Below are positions 1 through 10,494 of a DNA stretch of 64,000 bases, in pieces. Origin of the DNA: Vicinamibacterales bacterium (GTDB lineage Bacteria > Acidobacteriota > Vicinamibacteria > Vicinamibacterales > UBA8438); contig CBDBMW010000012.1 in the NCBI GenBank assembly GCA_965207595.1, forward strand, positions 1,313,998 through 1,377,997, given 5' to 3'. Positions within the stretch are counted from its first letter, which is position 1, and the number at the start of each line of letters is the position of its first letter. A model generated the notes under the pieces. That model saw only the letters and a list, made by a program, of their open reading frames with translations. It did not search any database and was not told the origin of the DNA. Made by a program: the position numbers and the translations under genes.

Positions 1-14
1 CCGCGACCGCTCTG

Positions 15-320
15 ATGGACGAGATCCGACGACTGCAACGACTCCGCGCGTGGCCGATATTGCCTGATCGCTACGCCGAGCTTCGTCGTAAGCTCGTGGC
101 GTTGAAGGGTTCGGCAGCCAAACTGACCGACGAACAGCGTCAGACATTTCAAGGTACTGTCGAGACATTCGCCGATCTGGAGCGACGGATCGAACGGGCG
201 ATTTCGACCAGCGCAATGCCGCCGAATCCCGCAAAGCTCAACGAGATCGTGTCGACTCAGATCGACCGAGTTCAAGCCGTGTTGCTCGCAGTTCAGCGAA
301 ACCTGGGTGCAAAGACATGA
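15..320 (+). CDS. Hypothetical helical protein, probably 5'-truncated by the window edge
   Basis: Protein-like ORF with lower GC than its flanks. The frame is open to position 3 (ATALMDEIRR...). Its stop overlaps the next start (ATGA at 317-320). Confidence 0.7.
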   Translation: MDEIRRLQRLRAWPILPDRYAELRRKLVALKGSAAKLTDEQRQTFQGTVETFADLERRIERAISTSAMPPNPAKLNEIVSTQIDRVQAVLLAVQRNLGAKT

Positions 321-706
321 GCATTGGCAAACCACTCGAGAAGGCTCTCGCGTTGGTCCAAAGATTGCACGGGAGGACGCGCGAAGGCAAGGTTGACTGG
401 GAACCGACGGATAGCGAACACCAGGTCGAGGCGAGGCTGGAAGGCTTCAGGTTGACACTACGACAGATCTCTGATCCCGACTATCCCGACCAACCAGACT
501 TCGAGCTGGCAATCATTGACGAGAATCTGGGCACGACCATCGAGCGCATCACGAATTCGACGCTGCGTCCCGTGATGGATCGGACGACGGAGGAAGGACT
601 GAATCCCTACACTCTGATGCAGCAGACCTTCGAGATCGCGCGATGGCGGGCTTTCGGTGTGGACAACGCGCTGGAAACGATTCTCAAGGGCCTCGCCGCC
701 GAGTAG
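317..706 (+). CDS. Hypothetical protein (129 aa), translationally coupled to the upstream ORF
   Basis: Balanced composition (TREGKVDWEPTD...FELAIIDE...), ATGA overlap, no family recognised. Confidence 0.75.
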   Translation: MSIGKPLEKALALVQRLHGRTREGKVDWEPTDSEHQVEARLEGFRLTLRQISDPDYPDQPDFELAIIDENLGTTIERITNSTLRPVMDRTTEEGLNPYTLMQQTFEIARWRAFGVDNALETILKGLAAE

Positions 707-919
707 ACAGACCCGACATCGCCGTCCGGGCCGGCCAACCTCGGCGCGAGGGCCGTGTGCGTGGCGCGCCCCGCGCGCCCGCCTGGTAGGCTCGATGGCT
801 CGTGGAGCCCGGAGCCGCCGCAACGTGCCGCCCTCGCCGCTGGCGCGCGCTGGAGCACGGCGCCAACGGCATCTGGGTCTCTCGAACATGGAAGCCTGCA
901 GGCCAGCGGCCGGCCGTGC

Positions 920-1570
920 CTACTCGGGGGCGGAATCCGCTTCTTCGTCGGCCAGAAGCTGCTCCATCTGCTCCTGTATGGCCTCGTGCGCCTGATCGAG
1001 CAACAGAAGACGTCCGTTGAGCTGGTAGAGATCCTCCTTGAAGTCGAGAGGGTGCGCATCGGACGCTGCCCTGGCCAGCACCAGGCTGATGGAGTCGAGC
1101 ATCAGGTCGCGGGCCCGCTCGTAGGCATCGAGTATGTCGTAGACCTGCGAGACTCGAATGATCCAGTCGTAGTCGAAGTACGGTGCGGCCTCGCTCGCCT
1201 GCGCCGTGCGCCAGGCGGCGGAGGAGACGTTCGGAAGGGCAAAGGACATCTCGAAGCTACCGTCGCTGAAGACGGGATCGGACTCGTCCTCGGCTCGCAC
1301 GAACACCGCGATTCGCTGCAGGAGACTCCTCAGCGAGGGCTGACTGCTTCTGAATTCATCCAGATTCTCCTGCATCTCCAGCTCGATCGCGGCACGCGCC
1401 GACGCGGCGAACTGCCGGAGCTGCCGCTCCTCCCGCCATTCCTCGACCCCGAACGCAACGAGGACGGCGAACACCACCATGAGGGCCTCGGCCGCCATCG
1501 CCGGGAGATCCCAGCGCGTCCGTTGACCCGTGACTGCGGCGATGCCCCCGCGGACTGCCCCGTTGCTCAT
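920..1570 (-). CDS. Membrane-anchored hypothetical protein (N-terminal TM followed by EEWRE motif and helical region)
   Basis: MSNGAV...EALMVVFAVLVAFGVEEWREERQ in the C-terminal half of ORF 920..2440. ATG at 1570. Confidence 0.75.
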   Translation of the reverse strand: MSNGAVRGGIAAVTGQRTRWDLPAMAAEALMVVFAVLVAFGVEEWREERQLRQFAASARAAIELEMQENLDEFRSSQPSLRSLLQRIAVFVRAEDESDPVFSDGSFEMSFALPNVSSAAWRTAQASEAAPYFDYDWIIRVSQVYDILDAYERARDLMLDSISLVLARAASDAHPLDFKEDLYQLNGRLLLLDQAHEAIQEQMEQLLADEEADSAPE

Positions 1571-1691
1571 GGCAGAACGATATTCCGAAGCCGGCCGCGT
1601 CCCCAACCGCGGATGTGGCGGAGGACTCGACGCGGTGCTGTACCTCGGCTTCGCCGCCCCTGGCTGTTGCCGTAGCGGTCGGACCTGTCTC

Positions 1692-2729
1692 CTACTCCGC
1701 CAGGTGCCGCCCGAGGAAGGCCAGCGTGCGCGGCCACGCGTCCTCCGTGGCGCGGCGATTGGCGTCCAGGCCTTCCTGGGCCTTGAGGAAGACGGTCGCG
1801 CCGTCGTAGACGACCGTCTCGAACGGCTTCCCGGCCGCCGCCATCGCCGCCTCCGCGCGCGGCAGCGTCGCGGCCGTCCCGACGTCGCCGCCGTACAGGC
1901 CGAGCACCGGCGCGTCGATCCGGGCGTAGTCGGTTGCCGCTTCCGGGGTCTCGCCGTAGAAGACGACCAGCGCATCCAGCTCGGGGCGGTCCACCGCGTA
2001 GGCGAACGCGGCCGCTCCGCCCCAACTGAACCCGACCATGCCCAGGCGGCCGTCGGCGGCCGGCAGGCCGCGCGCCCAGGCCCCGACGGCGTCGAGCCAA
2101 CTCGTTCGTTCCCCCGGCTCGATGCGCGGTGCGGAGGGGAGGAACCCGCCGGGCGTCGCGCCCGCGAAGAGATCCGGGGCGACCGCGACGAATCCCTCGG
2201 CGGCCAGGGCGTCGGCGATGCTCCGCACCCAGTTCGAGAGCGCGTAGAGATCGTGGACGACCACCACGACCGGCGCCGGCGACCGCTCGGGGTACACGAC
2301 CCACGTGCGGATGGGCGCGGCGCTGCCGGGACGCGGGACGTCGACGAGCTCGGAACGACGGGGCGACGCGGCGAGGTCGCCTCGCGAGGTGGCCCCGCTG
2401 GGCGGGAGATGCGGGGCGGAGACGGGGGCGGGACCTTCACCGCGAGCGATGACCCCCACCACCGTGGACCAGGCGCCTACCTGAAGCAGGGCGACCACCA
2501 GGAGAGCGATGGCGCCGACGGCGAAGATGGGCGTGTTCCTCGGCATGTTCATGGCGTCCCTCCTGAGCCGCGCCGCGGCTCGTGCGCAACAGGCCCCGAT
2601 GCTCTGCCGCCAGAACCAGCGGGCCGACCGACCGCGTTGCCATTCCTCGTGGAGATCGCCCACCAGCGGGTCGCACGAAGCGTCCAGCCTGCCGAGCAGC
2701 CACGTCGCCAGCCGGGGCGGGCTCCTCAT
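1692..2729 (-). CDS. Dienelactone hydrolase family protein with N-terminal PadR-partner helical domain and TM helix
   Basis: GFSWGG nucleophile motif, VVVVHD...ADALAAEGFVAVAPDLF, VVFYG, DAWPRTLAFL. N-terminus PPRLATWLL...LVGDLHEEW. Confidence 0.85.
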   Translation of the reverse strand: MRSPPRLATWLLGRLDASCDPLVGDLHEEWQRGRSARWFWRQSIGACCARAAARLRRDAMNMPRNTPIFAVGAIALLVVALLQVGAWSTVVGVIARGEGPAPVSAPHLPPSGATSRGDLAASPRRSELVDVPRPGSAAPIRTWVVYPERSPAPVVVVVHDLYALSNWVRSIADALAAEGFVAVAPDLFAGATPGGFLPSAPRIEPGERTSWLDAVGAWARGLPAADGRLGMVGFSWGGAAAFAYAVDRPELDALVVFYGETPEAATDYARIDAPVLGLYGGDVGTAATLPRAEAAMAAAGKPFETVVYDGATVFLKAQEGLDANRRATEDAWPRTLAFLGRHLAE

Positions 2730-3061
2730 GTGCACGCCCGCTCCAACTGGGGCAGGCCCTGCCACAGCAGCGAGAGCGTGTCCCGCGTGGAACGGGCCTC
2801 GCGCACCCCCTCGGGGGTTGCCCGGAAGTAGCGCTTGGCGCGCCCTCCGCGCTCCGGCGTGGGATCGCCCAGCCGGGAGCTGACGAACCCCTTGCCCTCC
2901 AGGCGCTCCAGCGCGGCGTATACGCTGCCGACGCCGACCTCGCGGCCGGTGCCGGCCTCGAGCGCGCGCAGGATCCGGGCGCCGTACGCGGCGTCCCCCA
3001 GCCGGATCACCGCCAGCAGCACCATCAGCTCGAAGCTCCCGAGGACGGGTCGACCTGCCAT
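2726..3061 (-). CDS. PadR family transcriptional regulator
   Basis: LGSFELMVLLAVIRLGDAAYG...GSVYAALERLEGKGFV...GGRAKRYFRATPEG. Overlaps the downstream start. Confidence 0.92.
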   Translation of the reverse strand: MAGRPVLGSFELMVLLAVIRLGDAAYGARILRALEAGTGREVGVGSVYAALERLEGKGFVSSRLGDPTPERGGRAKRYFRATPEGVREARSTRDTLSLLWQGLPQLERACT

Positions 3062-3187
3062 TTCTTCAACTATAGGGAATAAATGGCGCCCGCGCAAATG
3101 CACCGACGCCGATGCCGCGCGGACGCTCGGCGATGGCGAACCAGTCGCAAGTCGAAGTACGGTGCAGTCGGAGCGGAAACCGAGCCG

Positions 3188-3832
3188 ATGACGAGCGCCT
3201 CGCCGCCAACCTCGTCGCGTACCGCGACTCTCGTCGGATGGTCGCTGGCCGGACTCGCCGTCCCGCCGCTCGTCATCCTCCCCCATGAGCTCGGGCACTA
3301 CCTGGTGCTTCTCGCCATGGACGTCCCGGACCTGGCGCTGCACCATGCATCCGTCTCCTGGGACTCGCGGGAGTTCTGGGAGGCTGTCCGTCGCGAGGAC
3401 TACGCGACCGCCGCGGACATCGCCCCCTTATGGGGCGTGGCGCTCTCCAATGCAGGCGGGCCGCTCGTCTCGTATGCCATGGTCGCGGGATGCTGCTACG
3501 GCTGCGTCCGGTGGCGACCGCATGCCGTGCTGGTCGCCGTCGGATACGCGTGCCCGCTCCGCGTGCTGGTCGGGGTCCAGCACGGGGTGCTGGTCCTGCT
3601 CGGTGGAGATCCGCCCGCCAGCTACGACGAGCTCCGCGTCGCGGAGCTCACCGGGATTCCCGTCCAGGTCCTCGTGGGGTTCGGCGTCGCCGTCGTTTGC
3701 GTCTCGGGCGCGTGGCTGGCGAAGTACCTGCCACGCGGCCGGCGCACTCTCGCGGTGACGTCGATGCTGGCGGGGGCGGTCTTCAGCGCCGTGCTGTACC
3801 TGGGCTACGTCGGCCCCTGGCTGCTGCCGTAG
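3188..3832 (+). CDS. Polytopic membrane protein with HExxH motif (M50-like zinc peptidase candidate)
   Basis: Several hydrophobic segments, HELGH next to TM1, later AGGPLVS and SYDE motifs. Confidence 0.65.
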   Translation: MTSASPPTSSRTATLVGWSLAGLAVPPLVILPHELGHYLVLLAMDVPDLALHHASVSWDSREFWEAVRREDYATAADIAPLWGVALSNAGGPLVSYAMVAGCCYGCVRWRPHAVLVAVGYACPLRVLVGVQHGVLVLLGGDPPASYDELRVAELTGIPVQVLVGFGVAVVCVSGAWLAKYLPRGRRTLAVTSMLAGAVFSAVLYLGYVGPWLLP

Positions 3833-3860
3833 CGGTCGGACCCTGGGGGACCACTAACCA

Positions 3861-4244
3861 TTAGCCAATGACGCGCAGGATCCCGGCCGTCAACGTGGCG
3901 GTGACGAGCACGGTCCCGACGATCCAGCGGATGAGGCGGGTCCTCAGGTTCGCGACCTCGGTCCGCATCCCGGCGATCTGCGTCGAGAGCCGCGTGTCGA
4001 GGCCGCTGAGCTCGGCGCGCACATCGGCGACCTGCGTCGAGATCCGCGTGTCGAGCGTTGCGATCTGGGCGCGGACCTCCGCGACCTCCGCCCGCACCTC
4101 GGCCAGGCCGGCCTTGAACTGATCGGCCGAAACGTGATCGCCCTGCTCGACGCCCTGGCGGATGGCCTTGGCGATGACCTCGGCCTGGTCGCGCGCCACG
4201 CCGCCGGCCGTGAGTTGCTGGGTGACTGCGAGCGTGTCCAACAT
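3861..4244 (-). CDS. Coiled-coil protein, CCDC90/DUF1640-like, with C-terminal TM
   Basis: MLDTLAVTQQLTAGGVARDQAEVI..., an 18-aa LDTRxSTQ repeat, and LIRWIVGT at the C-terminus. Confidence 0.8.
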   Translation of the reverse strand: MLDTLAVTQQLTAGGVARDQAEVIAKAIRQGVEQGDHVSADQFKAGLAEVRAEVAEVRAQIATLDTRISTQVADVRAELSGLDTRLSTQIAGMRTEVANLRTRLIRWIVGTVLVTATLTAGILRVIG

Positions 4245-4271
4245 GCTGCCAGACTAGCACGCGAGGATAAG

Positions 4272-5918
4272 CTAGCGCCTGGACCTTCGGATTCGCGACA
4301 AGCAGCGTCGGGCGGCGGCTACCGACGTTGCTTCGTCTCCCGTCAACCGATTCCGGGAACGGGTACCCTGCGCCGCCGTTCGGCGCTGGCCGTCGCGGTC
4401 CCGACGTTCCCGCGGGAACGTCGGCGGCGGGTCTGCATCGCGCCGCGGGCGCCACAGCACCTCGATGGCCCAGGCGACGTCCAGCCGCTCGCCCCGCCAC
4501 CGTGGCGCGGTCTCCGCGTCGATGCCAATCCCGGCGGCCACCAGTCGGCGGTCCACCGGCGCCAGCGCCGGGCCGTCCCAGCCCGGGGCCAACGGAGCCT
4601 CCGGCAGCGGCCGCCCGTCGGGCCGCAGAAAGGTCACCGTGCCGCCGGCGTCCACCTGCACGCGGAAGCCGTCTTCGTGCACGGCCCGGTGGTGCCGGCG
4701 GCACAGAAGCACGAGATTCGCGAGCGCCGTCTCGCCGCCGTCGGCCCAGTGGCGCACATGGTGAGCATCGCAGCGACGAGCCGCGCAGCCCGGGAAGCGG
4801 CACTGCCCGTCGCGCGCCGCCAGCGCCCGCCGCAGCGCGGGGGAGATGGTCCGCGTCCGGCGGCCAACGTCGAGAACGTCGCCGTCCGGGCCGTGGCGCA
4901 TCGTGACGATGGCGGAGTCGCAGGCGATGCGGCGGGCCGTCTCCTGCCCGACGCGAATGCCGCCGTCCTCGGCCAGCGCCGCCTGGCTGCGCCGCGTTTC
5001 CGCGGAATCGGCGCGGTGCGCGCCTTCGCCGTCCGCGGCGTGCTCCGGGGTCTCCTGCGCCGCCTCTTCGGCCAGGGTCCCGGCGTCCACGTGCAGCACC
5101 ACCTGGTAGCGATCGCCCGCCGTGCCGCGATCCAGCCCCCCCGCCAGCGCACACTCGGCCAGCCGCCCCAGCGCGTCCGCCTGCCGCTGTCCGTGGCTCC
5201 GCTCCACACCGACCACCTCGTCCACCGCGTCCGTCCGTGCAGTCTCGCCGCCGGCCACTCCGGTCGCGTCGCCGTCCGCCGCCACCGCCGCCTCCAGCGC
5301 CCGCCGAAACACCGAACCCACCTCCGGCGTCAGCCGGCCCCGGACCACCACCATGCCGTCGGTCGTCCACCCACGTGCGCAACGAGCGGTCCGCCTGCCG
5401 CTGGTGCTCCTCGTCCCGCTCCGCCGCCCGGTCGGTCTGCCGCCAAGCCCGCACCACCCGCTCGACGTGCGCCGCCGTGCCCGCCAACGCCACGTCGAGC
5501 AGCGACTGCTCGGTCTCGGGCGTCGCCACCCGGGTGATGGCGCGCACCTTGGAGTAGGAGACTCGCCCCCGCCGCATCGCGTCGCTCACCTTCGGCAATT
5601 GCGCCAGCGCATGCGCGACCCCGCACATGCTCGCGCGCGGGGCCCGGCTCCAGACCGGTACGCCAGCTCAGCCAGACCGCGCAGGAGGCGAAGCCGGACC
5701 ACGCGCCGGCCGCATCGAAGTCGCGAATCAGGACCAGCAGCTCATAGGTGGCGGCCTGGATACGAGAGGCGAGCTCGGCGATCCGGTCGCCGAGACTCTC
5801 GGCCTCGGCGCGGGTGACAGCGGGCGGCTCCGACGGCGGCTGGGGCTCGTGCCCGATGGATGCGATGAGCGGCGCCGCGGGCGGCGCAGAGGCGAAAGTT
5901 TTGTTCGGAAGTGAGCAT
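4272..5918 (-). pseudogene. DUF222 + HNH endonuclease protein split by frameshifts (pseudogene or assembly indels)
   Basis: Segments in successive frames: LGDRIAELASRIQAATYELL...SCAVWLSWRTG, then LPKVSDAMRRGRVSYSKVRAITRVA, then GMVVVRGRL...RDGQCRFPGC...HHVRHWADGGETALANLVLLCRRHHRAVH. Shifts near 5620 and 5360. Start uncertain. Confidence 0.85.
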
Positions 5919-6190
5919 CCCGTGTATTGTAACATGCTGACATACAGTTGTTTGCACTGCATCGCCCGGCATGTCCACGATCCCGGCAGGGCGAAAGTTG
6001 ACCGTGCTGCCGCACATAGGGCGGCCGGCGCCTCAACCGTCACCTGACGGCCATCCCTGGTGCGCTCGATCCGAGCGCCGGCCGGCCTCGGCGAGGCAGA
6101 CTCTTCCCGCCAGGATCTTGGGCGGCCAGCTCGGCGGGCAGGAGGCCGAAGACGCGTTGCCCGTTTCTTCGGCGCGGCGTCCGGCATCGT

Positions 6191-7054
6191 TCATGTCATC
6201 CGACCGCTTTCGATGGGCTCCACGAGCAGCCTTCCCGAGGCCGACCTGCGCTCGATCACCTCATCGCGCGCCACGCGCTCAACCCCCGCCCATGCCCAAG
6301 CTGCCCACGCCCACCGCGGCGGAAGGATGATCCAACCATCCCGATTGTCCCCGACGGCAGCGAACTCGCCGGCGGCGACGGCCAGGGCGGTGAGCGCGCA
6401 AACGAACGCCGCTCGATCCTCGTGATCGTCGATATCACATGGCTCACGAACGCACTGCCGACGGCCGAGCCACTTGCGCATGAGCCTATCGAGGGTTCCA
6501 ACGTTGGCCAAGTGAGCGAAGTATCTGTCCGACCTCGCGGCACTCCCAAGCAAGCGACCCGGGTCTTCGACCATGCTCCCGAGGAACGTTGTCGGAAAGG
6601 CCTCTACGATCGCATACTTGTCTATCCGGACCGCATGCCTCGCCTCGTGGACGGAGCAGTACCGCTTCACGACCGAGGCGGCCTTGTTCGCTTGTTCGTT
6701 CAGGTGTTTCCCGTGCGGCGAGCTGGATTGCCCTGGCTTCCCGATGCGCACTGGAAGTGCGCCTCGACTCAGAAGCCGCTCGGCGCTCCGATACCGCCCA
6801 ATCCTGTCGAAGCCGCGACGCAGAGGACCGTCAATCGCAACGGCGAGCAGCGCCCGCTTGCCCGCCACGTCCCGAATGGCGCGCTCACGGTCCGAGGGTG
6901 TCGCGCGGAATCTCTGCGTCTTCCAATAGATCCTGTGCTTGCTCCAAGACAATCGACAAACCGCACTCGTGTCGTCCCTTTCCGACCAACCCACGTCGAT
7001 CCCAAGGACGCTGCCTTCAGCCCTCGTCGCCAGCTGCTTCGGTAGGGCACTCAT
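6191..7054 (-). CDS. DUF429 family protein (predicted RNase H-fold nuclease)
   Basis: VLGIDVGWS, VAIDGPL, IVEAFPT, HEDRAAFVCALTA and GWIILP motifs. Confidence 0.8.
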   Translation of the reverse strand: MSALPKQLATRAEGSVLGIDVGWSERDDTSAVCRLSWSKHRIYWKTQRFRATPSDRERAIRDVAGKRALLAVAIDGPLRRGFDRIGRYRSAERLLSRGALPVRIGKPGQSSSPHGKHLNEQANKAASVVKRYCSVHEARHAVRIDKYAIVEAFPTTFLGSMVEDPGRLLGSAARSDRYFAHLANVGTLDRLMRKWLGRRQCVREPCDIDDHEDRAAFVCALTALAVAAGEFAAVGDNRDGWIILPPRWAWAAWAWAGVERVARDEVIERRSASGRLLVEPIESGRMT

Positions 7055-7079
7055 CGGCGAGGAAGGGGACGCCTCCGGA

Positions 7080-7709
7080 TCACGGCCCAGGCGGGCGGGG
7101 TGCGCTCCGACCACGGGCAGCAAGGTCCAAAGGCCTGACGTTGCGGACCTCGGCAATGGGCTGACCTTCCAGAAACGTCACGCTATCGTAGAAGTCGTCG
7201 AGCGCCACGAAGACGCCGTTCTGCTCCGCCCATCCCGCATCCGCCGGTTGCAACTGTGCCGCCAGGAGAGCACCTCGATGCCCCAGCCCTTCCGGTGCAT
7301 GCGCGCGAGGTCGGCGTGGAACCCGGCGCCATCCGCGAACCCGCTTCCGTCGCCGGTCAACAGCACTGCTACGCCCGGATCGCCGTTGTAGTCGGACAGG
7401 TCGCGCAGCATGCAGGTCTGGAGAAGCTGATCGACACCCTCTTCCCGGCCGTGCATCGCCCCGCGTTCCAGGAGGCGAACGTCCACCCCCTCGTTCTCCA
7501 GCCGATTCCACACGTGGCGCAACTCCGGGGGGACGGAACCAACGGCGACGGCGTGATGTACGGGCCGGCTCGCGCGCGCCAGCTCGAGGAGGTTCCTGAA
7601 GTGGATGCGGACGCGTGGACGCGCTCCCCTCGCCTTCACGATCGACCGCGGTTTCCTTGGCGCTGATGGAGATGTTGGAATTGTCCCAGTAGATGAACAC
7701 CTTACCCAT
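7080..7709 (-). pseudogene. NYN domain (PIN-like) ribonuclease with two compensating frameshifts
   Basis: MGKVFIYWDNSNI, then in a second frame EEGVDQLLQ...VAVLLTGDG...GWGIEVLSW, then back to FVALDDFYDSVTF. Shifts near 7622 and 7233. Confidence 0.8.
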
Positions 7710-7865
7710 CACCTCCACCGTATCACGAGGGGACGGCTCGTCGGCCGTGCTCGCGTGACGATACGGCGGCAGTCGGACAGGCAGTGCCCGGGCGGGCTCG
7801 TGCCGATGCTGGGGGACGATGCGCGCCTGCGTGATACTGTGGGGCGGCTCGACGTCTGGAGGATC

Positions 7866-10436
7866 GTGACCGTGGCCAACCCGAGCGCCCCGCAGACCGG
7901 CCGGCGCCCGTTGCCTCGCAGCCTGGCCGCGCTCGCCCGCGGCTGTCTGCCGCCGGGGCTCGTCGGCATCGGTCTGCTACTTGCGGGAACCCTGGCCGCC
8001 GCGCAGGAGCCTCCCGCGGTCGCGGGCCCCGACGCGGCGGCGACGTACCGCGCCGTCCTCGACCGCTACTGCGTCACCTGCCACAACGGTCGCCTGCGGA
8101 CGGCCGGTCTCGAGCTCGACGCGGCGGACCTCACGGACGTGCGCGGCCGGCCCGAGCTGTGGGAGAAGGTCGTCCTCAAGCTGCGGGGGCGCGACATGCC
8201 GCCGCCGCCCCGCCGGCGGCCCGCCGAGGCGGTCTACGACGGCTTCGCCGGGTGGCTCGAGACGACCCTGGACGCAGCCGCGGCGGCCGACCCGCGGCCC
8301 GGCCGTCCGGCGCTCCACCGGCTGAACCGCACCGAGTACGCCAACGCGGTCCGGGATCTGCTGGCGCTGGAGGTCGACGTCACGACGCTGCTGCCGCCGG
8401 ACGACTCGACGCACGGCTTCGACAACATCGCCGACGCGCTGGGCGTCTCGCCCCTGCTGCTCGAGAGCTATGTGACGGCGGCGCGCAAGATCAGCCGCCT
8501 GGCCGTCGCCAACCCGGCCATCCCGCCGAGCGCCGAGACCTACGTCGGCGCGCACGACGAGACGCAGGACACCCACCGGGAGGGGATGCCGTTCGGGACG
8601 CGCGGCGGCCTGCGCGTCACGCACCACTTCCCGGTGGACGGCGAGTACGAGATCCGCATTCGCCTGGAGCGCAGTCAGCGCGACGACGTGCGGGGCCTCC
8701 ACGAGCCGCACGAGCTGGAGCTGGCCGTCGACGGGGGGCGGGTGCGGCTGTTCGCGCTCGACGGCGGGCCGCACATGTACCGGCAGGTGGTCTACGACGG
8801 GGAGACCCCCGCGCTGACGGCCGACGACCACCTGGTGCTGCGCGCGCCGCTGACGGCCGGTCCGCACGTCGTCACCGCGACCTTCCCCGTCAAGAGCTTC
8901 GGCGTGTCCGAGAGCTTGTCCAGGCCGCTGCTCCGAAGCTATCCCACTCCCAACTCGGTGGCGGGGCTGCCGGCGGTGAGCCGCATCCTCATTACCGGCC
9001 CCCTGGCCGCGGCCGGGCATGGCGACACCCCGACCCGCCGCCGCATCTTCACCTGCCGGCCCACTGCCGCCGAAGCCGCCGAAGCGCCCGAAGCCGCGGA
9101 CGCTGCCGAGGCCGCCGAAGCCACCGAAGTCGAAGCCACCGAAGTCGAAGCCACCGAAGTCGAAGCCACCGAAGAAGATGACGCCGCCTGCGCGGAGCGG
9201 ATCCTCGCCGCCCTGGCGCGGCGCGCCTACCGGGGCCTCGATACGGATGCGGACGTGCGGGAGCTCGTCGGCTTCTACGAGGCGGGGCGGGCGGCGGGCG
9301 GGTTCGAGGCGGGCATCGAGACCGCGCTGTGGCGGCTGCTGGCCAGCCCGAAGTTCCTCTTCCGCTTCGAGTTCGATCCGCCGGACGCACGGCCGGGCGC
9401 GGCCTACGTTCTCGGCGACCTGGAGCTGGCCTCGCGCCTGTCGTTCTTCCTGTGGAGCAGCATCCCCGACGAGCCGCTGCTGGCCGCGGCCGAGCGCGGC
9501 GAGCTGCGCCGCCCCGGCGGGCTGGAGCGGCAGGTGCGCCGGATGCTGGCCGACCCGCGCGCGGCGGCGCTGGTGGACAACTTCGCGGGCCAGTGGCTCT
9601 ACCTGCGCAACCTGCAGCACATCGTCCCCGAGCCGCGGCGCTTCCGCAACTTCGACAACAACCTGCGCCGCGCCTTCCGGCGCGAGACGGAGCTGCTCTT
9701 CGCCTCGATCGTCGCCGAGGACCGCAGCGTGCTGGAGCTGCTGGACGCCGACTACACGTTCGTCAACGAGCGGCTGGCGCGGCACTACGGCATCCCGGGC
9801 GTGCGGGGCAGCCACTTCCGCCGCGTGGCGGTGACCGACGAGCACCGGCGCGGCCTGCTCGGCCACGGCAGCATCCTCACCGTGACGTCGTACGCCAACC
9901 GGACGTCGCCCGTCCTGCGCGGCAAGTGGGTGCTCGAGAACCTGCTGGGCGCGCCGCCGCCCCCGCCGCCGGCCGACGTGCCGGACCTGCCCGAGGAGGA
10001 CGGATCCGGGCCGGGCCTGACGATGCGCGAGCGGCTGGCCGCGCACCGTGCCAACCCCGTCTGCGCGAGCTGTCACGCGACGATGGACCCGATCGGCTTC
10101 GGGCTCGAGAACTTCGACGCGGTCGGCGCCTGGCGGCAGAGCGAGCACGGCGCGCCCATCGACGCCTCGGGCACGCTGCCGAACGGCGCCGCGTTCGAGG
10201 GGCCGGCGGAGCTCCGGGCGGCGCTCCTGGCCCGGCCCGAGACCTTCGTCCGGGCGCTGACCGCCAAGCTGGCGACCTATGCGCTCGGGCGCGGCGTCGA
10301 GCCCTTCGACGCGCCCGCCATCCGGGCCATCCTGGCGGAGGCGGCCGACAGCGGCTACACCTTCTCGTCCCTCGTGCTCGGCATCGCCCGGAGCGTGCCG
10401 TTCCGGATGCGCGAGGCGGCGGCAGAGATCGAGTGA
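7866..10436 (+). CDS. DUF1592-type secreted cytochrome c protein (PSCyt/PSD domains)
   Basis: Signal-like N-terminus, YCVTCH and CASCH heme motifs, LHRLNRTEYANAVRDLL, ELASRLSFFLWSSIPD, TSPVLRGKWVLENLLG. Start estimated (GTG). Confidence 0.9.
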   Translation: MTVANPSAPQTGRRPLPRSLAALARGCLPPGLVGIGLLLAGTLAAAQEPPAVAGPDAAATYRAVLDRYCVTCHNGRLRTAGLELDAADLTDVRGRPELWEKVVLKLRGRDMPPPPRRRPAEAVYDGFAGWLETTLDAAAAADPRPGRPALHRLNRTEYANAVRDLLALEVDVTTLLPPDDSTHGFDNIADALGVSPLLLESYVTAARKISRLAVANPAIPPSAETYVGAHDETQDTHREGMPFGTRGGLRVTHHFPVDGEYEIRIRLERSQRDDVRGLHEPHELELAVDGGRVRLFALDGGPHMYRQVVYDGETPALTADDHLVLRAPLTAGPHVVTATFPVKSFGVSESLSRPLLRSYPTPNSVAGLPAVSRILITGPLAAAGHGDTPTRRRIFTCRPTAAEAAEAPEAADAAEAAEATEVEATEVEATEVEATEEDDAACAERILAALARRAYRGLDTDADVRELVGFYEAGRAAGGFEAGIETALWRLLASPKFLFRFEFDPPDARPGAAYVLGDLELASRLSFFLWSSIPDEPLLAAAERGELRRPGGLERQVRRMLADPRAAALVDNFAGQWLYLRNLQHIVPEPRRFRNFDNNLRRAFRRETELLFASIVAEDRSVLELLDADYTFVNERLARHYGIPGVRGSHFRRVAVTDEHRRGLLGHGSILTVTSYANRTSPVLRGKWVLENLLGAPPPPPPADVPDLPEEDGSGPGLTMRERLAAHRANPVCASCHATMDPIGFGLENFDAVGAWRQSEHGAPIDASGTLPNGAAFEGPAELRAALLARPETFVRALTAKLATYALGRGVEPFDAPAIRAILAEAADSGYTFSSLVLGIARSVPFRMREAAAEIE
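9117..9173 (+). repeat. Intragenic 15-bp tandem repeat (gaagccaccgaagtc) encoding EATEV
   Basis: Three full copies plus one partial, read directly. Confidence 0.95.
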
Positions 10437-10494
10437 TCCGGAGCGTCCCGACGGCGCCTTACCCGCCCGGGAACCGGCCGCGCGGCGCCGTAGA

